From an uncultured Desulfospira sp. (GTDB lineage Bacteria; Desulfobacterota; Desulfobacteria; Desulfobacterales; Desulfobacteraceae): a stretch of 64,000 bases of DNA. Within the stretch, counting starts at the first letter, position 1. Every line of letters begins with the position of its first letter. The stretch covers positions 1,120,001 through 1,184,000 of the forward strand of contig OY760175.1 of NCBI GenBank assembly GCA_963663165.1, in the 5' to 3' direction. Positions 21,101 through 29,026 of this stretch are shown here, one piece after another. The notes under the pieces are model-generated. The model worked only from the letters and a program-made list of their open reading frames with translations. It was not told the DNA's origin and did no database searches. A program made the position numbers and the translations under genes.

Positions 21101-21229
21101 GGCGTCAAAATCCTTGTCCAGAAAAGGGCGGACCAGAAACATAAGCTTTAAACCGGTCAACATCATCACAAACAAGGGAACGCCAAAAAATTGCAGCAGG
21201 GTATGAAAACTTCTTTGAGGTGTCAGCAT
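18185..21229 (-). CDS. Mo-bisPGD oxidoreductase, pyrogallol transhydroxylase/resorcinol hydroxylase alpha-like, with ~150-aa N-terminal extension
   Basis: [65 protein letters not shown]; likely start ATG 21229 after AAGGAG. Confidence 0.9.
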   Translation of the reverse strand: MLTPQRSFHTLLQFFGVPLFVMMLTGLKLMFLVRPFLDKDFDAHIKSLDFTARIRAKKESVGRTFQFAKGKMTSKKSISAPADVTLDFINAATAVELMVKHSDHLAQIHAMKNFWIDVDGEDKHVIAFMQLLNRLKSFDRPKDYGIHLKDGVTRYTSNTNGGPVFVYVKDKKIIRITPIEFDDTDSPSWQIKARGKTFTPPRKGSVSPYVMALRSLIYSPDRLLYPMKRVDFDLRGERNPQNRGISGYERISWDEALDMVAHEIQRMKETYGPGAIMNGSGSHHTWGNLGYWLSTRTRFMNSIGYTPVVHNPDSWEGWYWGAMHHWGNSMRNGGHDTYGTVEDCLKACELIVFWSSDPEATNGVYGAFEGTIRRMWAKEIGIKMVHIDPYYNHTAALLGGKWLAPRPDTGNAMSLAIAHVWITEDLYDKSYVAERTVGFDLWKAYVLGRDDGTPKTCEWQEKETGVPAKDVRALAREWGKKKTYLAAGGAAGFGGACRSATGIEWARSMVCLMAMQGLGNPGINMGGLQQGAPVDIHFYFPGYAEGGLSGDLDNTGLRINMYQKMPQLPTMNTVGQLVPRLRIPEVFLNGTCEGYLTDPKTIEGQFKKFTYPAPGHSPVKMYYKYGGSHFGTMPSSNRYVNAYRSDNLEFVVNQSIWFEGETRFADIILPACTNFERWDIGETANSGGYGHHQFSQWNHRIITFQHKCIEPLGESKSDYQIFLELAQRLGIGAPFSEGCTEIEWCRRLFDASDLPRVISWNAFIKKGYYVVPPPADPLKAPVSFRWFANGTKKDVPEPAPLPGDYTRKWRSGLQTQSGKLEFESSSLKRFAPDDPERPLISKYIPSWEGYNSTQLKEKYPLQMISPHPRYSFHTMFDAKDGFMNDVKDHRVQIGGHDYWIIRINPVDAGGRGISNLDLVEVFNDRGSVICAAQVTQRIPPGVVHSYEGSARYEPLGEPGNSPDRGGCINLLTPDRHIIKKSHSSAPNSCLVQVGKWEETGRKETGDRWPETANS

Positions 21230-21341
21230 AGGCAGGGTCTCCTTTGTATATTGTGTTTCACCAGCTCCATGGAGCCACCTGAACACGGGGTTATGCGTGG
21301 GGACTGTATTTAAATTACCAGCCCCTCTGCCTTATGAAATT

Positions 21342-21358
21342 AGCAAAAGCCATTCCAG
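21342..21358 (-). promoter_or_regulatory. Sigma54 -24/-12 promoter for the copy-1 Mo-enzyme operon
   Basis: Minus strand CTGGAATGGCTTTTGCT: GG-N10-GC spacing, next to a divergent sigma54 activator. Confidence 0.75.
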
Positions 21359-21551
21359 CTGAAGCCCTTTTTTCGTTTTTTTCACCGGACATACGGGCTG
21401 ATAAATAAGGAATCCCCGTATCTTCAAAGGCTTGCCATGGGGTAAGATTAGGAGTAGAGTAAATCTTGTAAAAATCTCGTTGCTGTTAATTACCAAATAT
21501 GGTTATTTCTATTGCCAAATAAGAAGACCTGATCCTTATCGGTCTCCATAT

Positions 21552-23138
21552 ATGATAAAAAACGATTACCCCATAGTAAACGAAGACCTGTTTTTCAAGC
21601 AGGCCACACTGCTGATCTGCAGCAGCCTGGATATTGAAACAGCGCTTCAGCGCTGCCGGGCCTATATCTGCACCTTTCTGCCGGCCGGGGCCATGTACAT
21701 TAATATTTATGAGCCGGCCCTCGGGGGACTGCGTTACGTGGCCAGGGCCGATGCCCGGGGCGGGGAAAAGATGGACAAGGTAGTCCGCCTGCCCCGCTCC
21801 CTGATTGAAGACATTGAACAGGGCCGGCGTTTAAAAGACCAGATGATCATCAATCAGCCCGAGCTGGACCCCATGGGCCGGATCCTTGCCAAAGAGCTTG
21901 ACCTGGATCTTGATCACTTTTCTCTGATGACCCTGCGCCTGAGAATCGAAGGCCAGCGTTTGGGGGTCATTGATATTATTGCCAACGGCCGGGGCCGGTT
22001 CACCGATGACCAGATGCGCCTTTTTTCTCTGCTCCACGAGCCCTTTGCCATTGCCATGGCCAATACCCTCAAACATCAGGAACTGCTCAGGCTCAAGGAA
22101 CAGCTGGTTTCCGAAAACCGTTTTTTGAGCCATGAACTTTTCTCTAAGGGCAGCCGTGAGGTCATCGGTGCGGACCAGGGCTTAAAAGGGGTATTGGAAA
22201 AAGTCAGGCAGGTGGCCCCATTAAGAAACACGGTGTTGATATTAGGGGAAACCGGTGTGGGCAAAGAGGTCATTGCCAATGCCATCCACCGGTTGTCCAA
22301 TCGAAAAGATCAGCCCTTTATCAAGGTCAACTGCGGGGCCATTCCCGAAAACCTCATTGACAGTGAACTTTTCGGCCATGAAAAAGGGGCCTTTACCGGC
22401 GCGGTCAGCCAGAAACGGGGACGGTTTGAACGGGCCAACCAGGGGACCATTTTCTTAGATGAAATCGGGGAGCTGCCTTCATGGGCACAGATCCGGCTGC
22501 TTCGGGTCCTCCAGACCCGGGAAATTGAACGCTTAGGCGGGTCGCCGCCCATTGCCCTGGACATCCGGGTCATTGTGGCCACCCACCGGAACCTTGGCCG
22601 GATGGTGGAACAAAAACAATTCCGCCAGGACCTCTGGTTCAGGATCAATGCCTTTCCCATTGTGATCCCGCCCCTGCGGGAACGCAAAGCCGACATCCCG
22701 TTGCTGGTGGACCATTTTTTAAAGAAAAAGGCAACCGAGATGGGCATCCAGAAGATTCCCCACATCATGGCCCAGGATATGGAACGTCTCATGGCCCATG
22801 ACTTTCCAGGAAACGTCAGGGAACTTGAAAACAACGTGGAACGGGCCCTCATTCAGCACCGGCACGGGCCTCTTCATTTTGGCCGACCCTCGGTGATCAT
22901 TGAAGATGATCCCTTTATTCCGGCCGCCCGACTGGACGGCCCGGTGGCAGGGCTGGATGAAGTGGTTAAATCCTATATTGAAAAAGTCCTTGCCATGGCC
23001 GACGGCAGGGTAAACGGTGAAAACGGGGCCGCGGCCATGCTCGGCGTAAATCCCAACACCTTAAGGCACCGGATGAAGAAACTGGGAATTGTTTACGGCA
23101 GGGCATATACGAGTCTAAACGAGGAGGGGGAATGCTAA
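21552..23138 (+). CDS. Sigma54-dependent activator (GAF-like, AAA+, HTH)
   Basis: GETGVGKE, ELFGHEKGAFTGA, FLDEIGE, FPGNVRELEN, C-terminal HTH; likely start ATG 21552. Confidence 0.93.
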   Translation: MIKNDYPIVNEDLFFKQATLLICSSLDIETALQRCRAYICTFLPAGAMYINIYEPALGGLRYVARADARGGEKMDKVVRLPRSLIEDIEQGRRLKDQMIINQPELDPMGRILAKELDLDLDHFSLMTLRLRIEGQRLGVIDIIANGRGRFTDDQMRLFSLLHEPFAIAMANTLKHQELLRLKEQLVSENRFLSHELFSKGSREVIGADQGLKGVLEKVRQVAPLRNTVLILGETGVGKEVIANAIHRLSNRKDQPFIKVNCGAIPENLIDSELFGHEKGAFTGAVSQKRGRFERANQGTIFLDEIGELPSWAQIRLLRVLQTREIERLGGSPPIALDIRVIVATHRNLGRMVEQKQFRQDLWFRINAFPIVIPPLRERKADIPLLVDHFLKKKATEMGIQKIPHIMAQDMERLMAHDFPGNVRELENNVERALIQHRHGPLHFGRPSVIIEDDPFIPAARLDGPVAGLDEVVKSYIEKVLAMADGRVNGENGAAAMLGVNPNTLRHRMKKLGIVYGRAYTSLNEEGEC

Positions 23139-24976
23139 AAAAGAAAAGCCGGACAGTGAGTGCCAAAGAAGCCATCAGCGCCGTCAAGAACGGCAACCGG
23201 ATCTACATCGGCTCAGGATGCGGGGAGCCCCGGCACCTGATATCCGCCCTGATGAACAACCACGATATCCAGGATGCCATGATTTTTCAGGTCCTGGCCC
23301 TTTCCCTGGCCGAATACCTGGAGGACGACGACACCATCAACCGGTTTTCCGTCAAGCTCTTTTTTGTGCCCGATGCCATGCAGCAGGCCGCCTTTGACGG
23401 AAAAATCGACTATATTCCCACCTACCTGTCCCAAATCCCCATGTTTTTTAAAAGCGGTCAGATCGGCCTGGACGTGGCTTTAATTCAGATCAGCCCGCCG
23501 GACCGGTTTGGCGTGGCAAGCTTAGGGGTCTCCGTGGATGTGACCTTAGAGGCGGTAAAAAGCGCCAAACTGGTCATTGCCCAGGTCAACCCCCGCATGC
23601 CCCGGACCCACGGGGACGGATTCATCCATGTTAACGACATTGACTATCTGGTTCCCTTTGAGGAACAGCTCCAGCAGCACGTGCGCAACCCTGTGGATGA
23701 AACCATCAGCAGCCGCATTGCCAAGTATGTCAAAGAACTCGTTGACGACGGGGCCACCCTCCAGGTGGGATTCGGGCAGCTGCCCTTTTCCCTGCTCAAA
23801 TACATTGATGATAAAAATGATCTCGGGGTTCATACCCACATGATCGGCGACTCTTTTATCCCGCTGTTTGAAAAGGGAATCATCACCAACAAACAGAAAA
23901 ACTTCATGAAAGATAGGGCCGTTGCCACCTTTTGCATGGGGACCCAGAAGTCCTATGAGTATATTGACAACAATATCCAGTTCTACTTTGGCACGGCGGA
24001 TTTTGTGAATACCCCAGGCATCATCGGGCGCAACGACAACTTTGTTTCCATTTCCTCTGCCATGGAAGTGGATTTCTCAGGTCAGGTCTGTTCGGATTCC
24101 GTGGGCCGGCAGTTTTTCACCGGCACCGGGGACCAGACCCATTTTATCCGGGGCGCCACCCTGTCAAAGGGGGGATTTTCCATTATCGCCCTGCCCTCCA
24201 CCGCCAAAAAAGGCACCGTATCAAGAATTGTTCCCGCCTTGAGCGCCGGGGCCGGGGTAGCCACCTTAAGGGCCGATGTCGACTTTGTGGTCACGGAATA
24301 CGGCATTGCCCAGCTCAAAGGCAAGAGCATTTCCCAGCGGGTGGTTGAACTAATCCAGATTTCCCACCCCGATTTCAGGGCAAAGCTGATGGACGCAGCC
24401 AAAGAACAGCGGTATATTCTGGCCGACCACATGCCCCTGCCCGCCAAAGATCTGATTTTTCTGGAATCCTATAAAAGCCGGCTCAAATTAAAAACCGGCA
24501 AAACCATGGCCGTCCGGCCGCTGCTTCCCTCGGATGAGATCGCCTACAGGAATTTTTTCTACTCCTTGAAACGAGAAACCATTTTCTTCCGGTTTTTCAA
24601 TGACATCACCATTTTTTCACGCCGAACCGCCCAGGCCCACTGGTCCAACATGGATTACCGCCGGTTTATCTCCCTGATCGGCCAGGTCAGAAATAAGGGA
24701 AACAACGAAATTATGGCCATCGGCACCTATGCGGAAGTGGACGACCAATGGGCAGAAGTGGCCTTTGTGGTCCGGGAGGATTTCAGGAATCACGGCATTG
24801 CCCGGTACCTGCTCAAAGAACTTGAAAAAATTGCCCGGTCAAACGGGTACAAGGGCTTCACCGCCACCATCCTTCCCGAAAACCAGGCCATGCAGCATGT
24901 ATTTTTATCCGCCTACCCCAAGGCCACCAAATCCTATCATGCCGAAAGCGTGGATATCCAGATGCCCTTTGATTAA
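23132..24976 (+). CDS. Acetyl-CoA hydrolase/CoA-transferase fused to a GNAT domain
   Basis: VIAQVNPRMPRTHG, GTGDQTHFIRGA, VVTEYGIAQLKGK; C-term AEVAFVVREDFRNHGIA. Confidence 0.88.
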   Translation: MLKKKSRTVSAKEAISAVKNGNRIYIGSGCGEPRHLISALMNNHDIQDAMIFQVLALSLAEYLEDDDTINRFSVKLFFVPDAMQQAAFDGKIDYIPTYLSQIPMFFKSGQIGLDVALIQISPPDRFGVASLGVSVDVTLEAVKSAKLVIAQVNPRMPRTHGDGFIHVNDIDYLVPFEEQLQQHVRNPVDETISSRIAKYVKELVDDGATLQVGFGQLPFSLLKYIDDKNDLGVHTHMIGDSFIPLFEKGIITNKQKNFMKDRAVATFCMGTQKSYEYIDNNIQFYFGTADFVNTPGIIGRNDNFVSISSAMEVDFSGQVCSDSVGRQFFTGTGDQTHFIRGATLSKGGFSIIALPSTAKKGTVSRIVPALSAGAGVATLRADVDFVVTEYGIAQLKGKSISQRVVELIQISHPDFRAKLMDAAKEQRYILADHMPLPAKDLIFLESYKSRLKLKTGKTMAVRPLLPSDEIAYRNFFYSLKRETIFFRFFNDITIFSRRTAQAHWSNMDYRRFISLIGQVRNKGNNEIMAIGTYAEVDDQWAEVAFVVREDFRNHGIARYLLKELEKIARSNGYKGFTATILPENQAMQHVFLSAYPKATKSYHAESVDIQMPFD

Positions 24977-25055
24977 AGGCCGGGCATCTGGCACAACGGT
25001 TTTAGACACTGATGCCTGCCGGGGACAAGATGGACAATCGCTCCTTGCGACAGGG

Positions 25056-25454
25056 TCACCCCTTGATGGTCGTCACCTGGCAGGGCGCCTCAAGGATAAT
25101 GTGCTGAGAGTTAGATCCGAATAAAAGCTTGCCGAGCTTGGATCTCTTTTTCAGCGGCATGATAATTTCATTTATCTCGTGTTTTTCAGCATACTGAACA
25201 ACCCCCTCGCCTAAGGGAAGTGATGTGGTCACCACCTCGGCCCGGCACTTTATCCCGTACTTTGTTACCGTATCGGCCGCCATGGCTTCGAGACGTTTCC
25301 TGGTGTCTTCAACAACTTCTTCCGGGGCACCGGCCTGGTTTTGAATAACAGATACCACGTAAATGGAGCCATCAAACGCCTTTGCATGGCTGCGTGCGAT
25401 TTCCATGGCTGCGGCATCGGCGGAGATGTTCTTGCTATAAACCATTATGTTCAT
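25056..25454 (-). CDS. Universal stress protein
   Basis: LGKLLFGSNSQHIILEAPCQV. Confidence 0.9.
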   Translation of the reverse strand: MNIMVYSKNISADAAAMEIARSHAKAFDGSIYVVSVIQNQAGAPEEVVEDTRKRLEAMAADTVTKYGIKCRAEVVTTSLPLGEGVVQYAEKHEINEIIMPLKKRSKLGKLLFGSNSQHIILEAPCQVTTIKG

Positions 25455-25608
25455 AACGCTCTTACTCCTTAAAATAGGTTATCTTTTCTTGGACGGCGTT
25501 ACTATAATGTCCTTGACACAGTTAAGTCAAGACTGATATCCCAATTATTGAATTTGTTTCGCAACCCATTAACATTTAGTCCCTAATTTTGACCCAAAGG
25601 AGGAATTC

Positions 25609-25800
25609 ATGAAAAGAATGACCGCAAAACAAATTGAGTTTGAAGCCGGGCGAATTTTTGGTGCCTCTTGGAAAAACCGCGAAAAAACAGGATCTCTGAC
25701 TGATCAGCTCAAGGCGGCGATAGCCAATGAAAAGGATTTGCCGGACACCAAAAAGCAGATGGCAGAATACATCATTGAGTGCGCCGGAGACTTAGACTGA
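25609..25800 (+). CDS. Small hypothetical protein
   Basis: 63-aa ORF with strong RBS AAGGAGG. Confidence 0.6.
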   Translation: MKRMTAKQIEFEAGRIFGASWKNREKTGSLTDQLKAAIANEKDLPDTKKQMAEYIIECAGDLD

Positions 25801-25964
25801 TTTTAAACGGGGGGGAGGCTGACAGAAGGGAAGTATAGGACAATCATTTACCGGAAAACCTATTCTGTTTCGACCCAATTTGCCAGCATCAAACCATCCG
25901 CTGTGACAAATTCCCCCATAATGATATATAGCACCGGCCTGTCCCCAATCAGCCAATGCTATAT

Positions 25965-26088
25965 CAATGTCATTAACTTAAGCGTTAATACAAGAAACTG
26001 GAAACAAGAGACAAGAGGGTGAAGCGCCGTTGGCGCCCATTTTATAACCCCTGCGCGCTATGCCAAATTTCTTAAATTAATGGCATTG
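25965..26088 (+). mobile_element. 124-bp MITE, IS4/IS231-like ends, copy A
   Basis: TIRs caatgtcattaacttaag / cttaaattaatggcattg; 10-bp TSD AATGCTATAT at 25955-25964 and 26089-26098. Confidence 0.92.
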
Positions 26089-26278
26089 AATGCTATATAA
26101 TTATGTAGTTCTTTGACGTAAAATACCATTTAACACTTGACTTTCACCGCTATCCCCATTTATAGCTATAACACCTTTGTTTCAAGTTAGGCACCAGTAT
26201 TTAAGATGCAAATTCCCCAACAGGATCAAAATGGCTTGAAACTTAACTTTTTTACATCCATTACAGGAGATCACCAAT

Positions 26279-26482
26279 ATGGCTACAGGCACAGTGAAAT
26301 GGTTTAATGACTCAAAAGGTTTTGGGTTTATCGAACAAGATGATGGCGGGAAAGACGTCTTCGTGCATCACTCAGCTATCAATAAACCAGGGTTTAAATC
26401 CCTGAATGAAGGGGATCGTGTTTCATTCGATATTGAACAAGGTCAAAAAGGGCCCGCTGCTGCAAATGTAACCCCCCTATAG
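26279..26482 (+). CDS. cspA: Cold-shock protein (CspA family)
   Basis: [24 protein letters not shown]. Confidence 0.95.
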   Translation: MATGTVKWFNDSKGFGFIEQDDGGKDVFVHHSAINKPGFKSLNEGDRVSFDIEQGQKGPAAANVTPL

Positions 26483-26500
26483 TTAACCGTATGATTTGTT

Positions 26501-26538
26501 AAAAAGTTCCCGGACGGTAAATTGTTTGGGAACTTCTT
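26501..26538 (+). terminator. Probable intrinsic terminator after csp
   Basis: aagttcccggacg...tgtttgggaactt stem followed by pyrimidines. Confidence 0.55.
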
Positions 26539-26839
26539 CCGTATATAAAACACCCTTCCTGATGTGTGAAAATTAACGGCAACTTGTTCATCTTTGATCT
26601 TCTTTGGCAAAATTTGATTTCACCCCTTAAAACGAATTTGTATTAAGCTGTAATTTGTATTAGAATGCAAATAGCCAGATTCAAAAATGGGATCAATCTA
26701 TCCACCACCCTGGTTCCCATTAAAGGCATTTAAGTAAATATACTTAAATGAAATGAAAAGATAATTCTCTTTCGCCTTTGGTTATCTCCTTTTTCTGTAA
26801 CGCTTTGATTTTAATTTCTACAACATACAGGATGGAAAT

Positions 26840-27001
26840 ATGGAAAAATGCGATTGGAAAATTGTTGATCCTGATGAGAATCATTACGAATCAGAATGTG
26901 GCGGGGACTGGTTTTTTTTTGAGGGGACTATAGAAGATAATCAAATGGAATTATGTCCATTCTGCGGTGAACCGATCAATGAGATAGAATCCGTACGATA
27001 A
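26840..27001 (+). CDS. 53-aa putative zinc-finger protein (not in ORF track)
   Basis: Hand translation MEKCDWKIVDPDENHYESECGGDWFFFEGTIEDNQMELCPFCGEPINEIESVR*; 4 Cys including CPFCG. Confidence 0.65.
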   Translation: MEKCDWKIVDPDENHYESECGGDWFFFEGTIEDNQMELCPFCGEPINEIESVR

Positions 27002-27013
27002 GCCAGCGGACCA

Positions 27014-27583
27014 CTATCTGGCATATTTCCCGCGGATGCCGACATAGCGGGAGCGGATTTCACGGATATCCGCAGTAGCGTCACCCGTCGGATAAAAGGT
27101 GGATAAAAAACCGCCTGTTTTACGTTTATAATCGAGAAAGGCCAGGGCTATGGGAACCTTTGCACCCATGGCAATATAGTAAAAGCCCGTTTTCCATTTT
27201 TCAACCCTGGCGCGGGTGCCTTCCGGCGGCACCGCAATCACCAGCCGGTCGTTCCTGTTGAATTTATCAATTGTCTGCGCCACCATATTGTTTTTAGAAG
27301 ACCGGTTGATGGGAATACCGCCCAGCCATTTCATAAGTGGGCCGCGCCAGCTTTTGAACAGGGAATCTTTAACCATCCAGTGCATGTCAAACCCAAAAAC
27401 AAAGGCCATGGCCAGTGATATGGGGACATCCCAGTTACTGGTGTGCGGAGCGCCAACCAATACGTATTTGGGTTCTGCCGGCAAATGGCCTTCCAGTTTC
27501 CAGCCGGTCAATTTAAGAGAAGTTATGCTTAACAGTTTTAGAAGCGGGCGTATTACCGGGGTGTTGTATATGGTTAAATTCAA
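27014..27583 (-). CDS. PlsC-like lysophospholipid acyltransferase
   Basis: APHTSNWD, PPEGTR motifs. Confidence 0.92.
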   Translation of the reverse strand: MNLTIYNTPVIRPLLKLLSITSLKLTGWKLEGHLPAEPKYVLVGAPHTSNWDVPISLAMAFVFGFDMHWMVKDSLFKSWRGPLMKWLGGIPINRSSKNNMVAQTIDKFNRNDRLVIAVPPEGTRARVEKWKTGFYYIAMGAKVPIALAFLDYKRKTGGFLSTFYPTGDATADIREIRSRYVGIRGKYAR

Positions 27584-27621
27584 TGGTTCTCCTATTCTTT
27601 TTTTTTAAATATGGCACGAAT

Positions 27622-27745
27622 CAATGCCATTAACTTAAGAAATTTGGCCTAGCGCGCAGGGGTTATAAAATGGGCGCCAACGGCGCTTCACCCTCTTGTC
27701 TCTTGTTTCCAGTTTCTTGTATTAACGCTTAAGTTAATGACATTG
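27622..27745 (-). mobile_element. 124-bp MITE, IS4/IS231-like ends, copy B (inverted relative to A)
   Basis: TIRs caatgccattaacttaag / cttaagttaatgacattg; 10-bp TSD TGGCACGAAT at 27612-27621 and 27746-27755. Confidence 0.92.
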
Positions 27746-27876
27746 TGGCACGAATAGGTGAATATAGGTCAGAAAAACGATTTGTGTCAAGATATTAAAA
27801 GGTTAACGGCAGGGTGATCGCATGTAACTCGCCTGTAGTTAACAGCATTTTGGGTGGTGAGGATAATAATGTAAAA

Positions 27877-27969
27877 AAACGGAAACCGGAGAAGAGGAGA
27901 CTGGAGACCGGATCACGCATCCTTAGGGGTATCGCATTCCGGTCTGCAGTCTCCTTTCCTCCGGTCTCC
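27877..27969. repeat. Palindromic interspersed repeat, family 2
   Basis: aaacggaaaccggagaagaggagactggagaccggatcacgcatccttagggg...ccggtctcc. Confidence 0.8.
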
Positions 27970-28089
27970 CTACATTTTATTGGGGTTATCTTTCATTCCG
28001 GGGTGGACGGCTTTTTTACATGCGATTGCCCTGAGGTTAACGATTGACAAAATTTGAGGTTCTTACATCGGATGGTTGTGGGCAGGGGT

Positions 28090-28129
28090 AAAAAAAAGGC
28101 CGGCCAGGGAATCAATCCCGTGGCCGGCC
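28090..28129 (-). terminator. Intrinsic terminator after copy-2 beta subunit
   Basis: ggccggcca-gggaatcaatccc-gtggccggcc hairpin with a U-tract on the minus strand. Confidence 0.75.
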
Positions 28130-28173
28130 CATAACTGACTTCAAAGAGGAATGAAGCCTGTCGGATACGCACT

Positions 28174-28201
28174 TTCATCCTTCATCCTTCATCCCTCATC
28201 C
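28174..28201. repeat. Heptamer tandem (TTCATCC) x4
   Basis: Read directly. Confidence 0.8.
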
Positions 28202-28207
28202 TTTCTA

Positions 28208-29026
28208 TCATGCTTCCATGGGAATATCCCCAAGGCTCAAGTCTTTATCCGTAACAATGTTCTCAATCACCTTCTTAACCCCGTCCTTTTCTATGTTCAG
28301 GGTAAAGGTCCGGTCATCGGCCAGTTTGCGGAACCAGAAATCGCCGAAATTATCCGTGGTCGCGGTGAATTCTTCACCGGATTCATCATCTTTAAGGCTG
28401 CATGTGGCCCCGATGATAACTTCTTTTTCAACCGGATCGTACACGGTGCCGGCCACAAATTTCTTGGGCAGGTTCTTGTAGTATACCCGTGATTTGGTCC
28501 CGGCTTCGGGGTTGAGGAATTCGGCTTCCTTGATAAAATCCTGGAAATCAGCTTCCTCGCCGAACCGTAAGGCTTCGGTGGGGCACTGGTCTACGCATCT
28601 GGGAACTTCCCACTCATCGTCGTTGTCCAGCAGATGGGCGCATCCGGTACACTTCTGGGCCACGTTGAGCTGCTCATTAAAGAAAATGGCGTCGTGGGGA
28701 CAGGTGTCCTTGCACAGTTTGCAGCCTGTGCATTTGTCCGGATGGATCAGCACCAGGCCGTCAGGCCGTTTTTCAATGGCGTCATAAGCGCATTGTTCGA
28801 TGCAGGGGGCATCATCACAATGCTGGCACATTTTGGGAAGATAAGTGACCTTGACCTTGGGAACCTGTCCCCTGACCAGCTCAGTGATGCCGATCCAGAA
28901 CTGGCCGGTGTCGGGCTGGGGCTTGGCATAGGGGGTCCAGTCATTGGCCACATGTTCGTCCTTGCATGCAATCTGGCAGCAGTAGCAGCCGTTGCATATG
29001 GATAAGTCCAGATAAAATGCTTTCAT
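28208..29026 (-). CDS. Transhydroxylase beta-like Fe-S protein (copy 2, four Cys clusters)
   Basis: CNGCYCCQIACKDEH, CQHCDDAPC, CTGCKLCKDTC, KCTGCAHLL...PRCVDQC, TDNFGDFWF. Confidence 0.9.
   Translation of the reverse strand: MKAFYLDLSICNGCYCCQIACKDEHVANDWTPYAKPQPDTGQFWIGITELVRGQVPKVKVTYLPKMCQHCDDAPCIEQCAYDAIEKRPDGLVLIHPDKCTGCKLCKDTCPHDAIFFNEQLNVAQKCTGCAHLLDNDDEWEVPRCVDQCPTEALRFGEEADFQDFIKEAEFLNPEAGTKSRVYYKNLPKKFVAGTVYDPVEKEVIIGATCSLKDDESGEEFTATTDNFGDFWFRKLADDRTFTLNIEKDGVKKVIENIVTDKDLSLGDIPMEA

Noticed and set aside
27612..27628. TGGCACG as a sigma54 promoter
   Set aside because: No GC at the required -12 spacing in either the filled or the reconstructed empty site
25965..27745. MITE pair as a composite transposon carrying csp
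   Set aside because: Each copy has its own different TSD, and the outer flanks do not match
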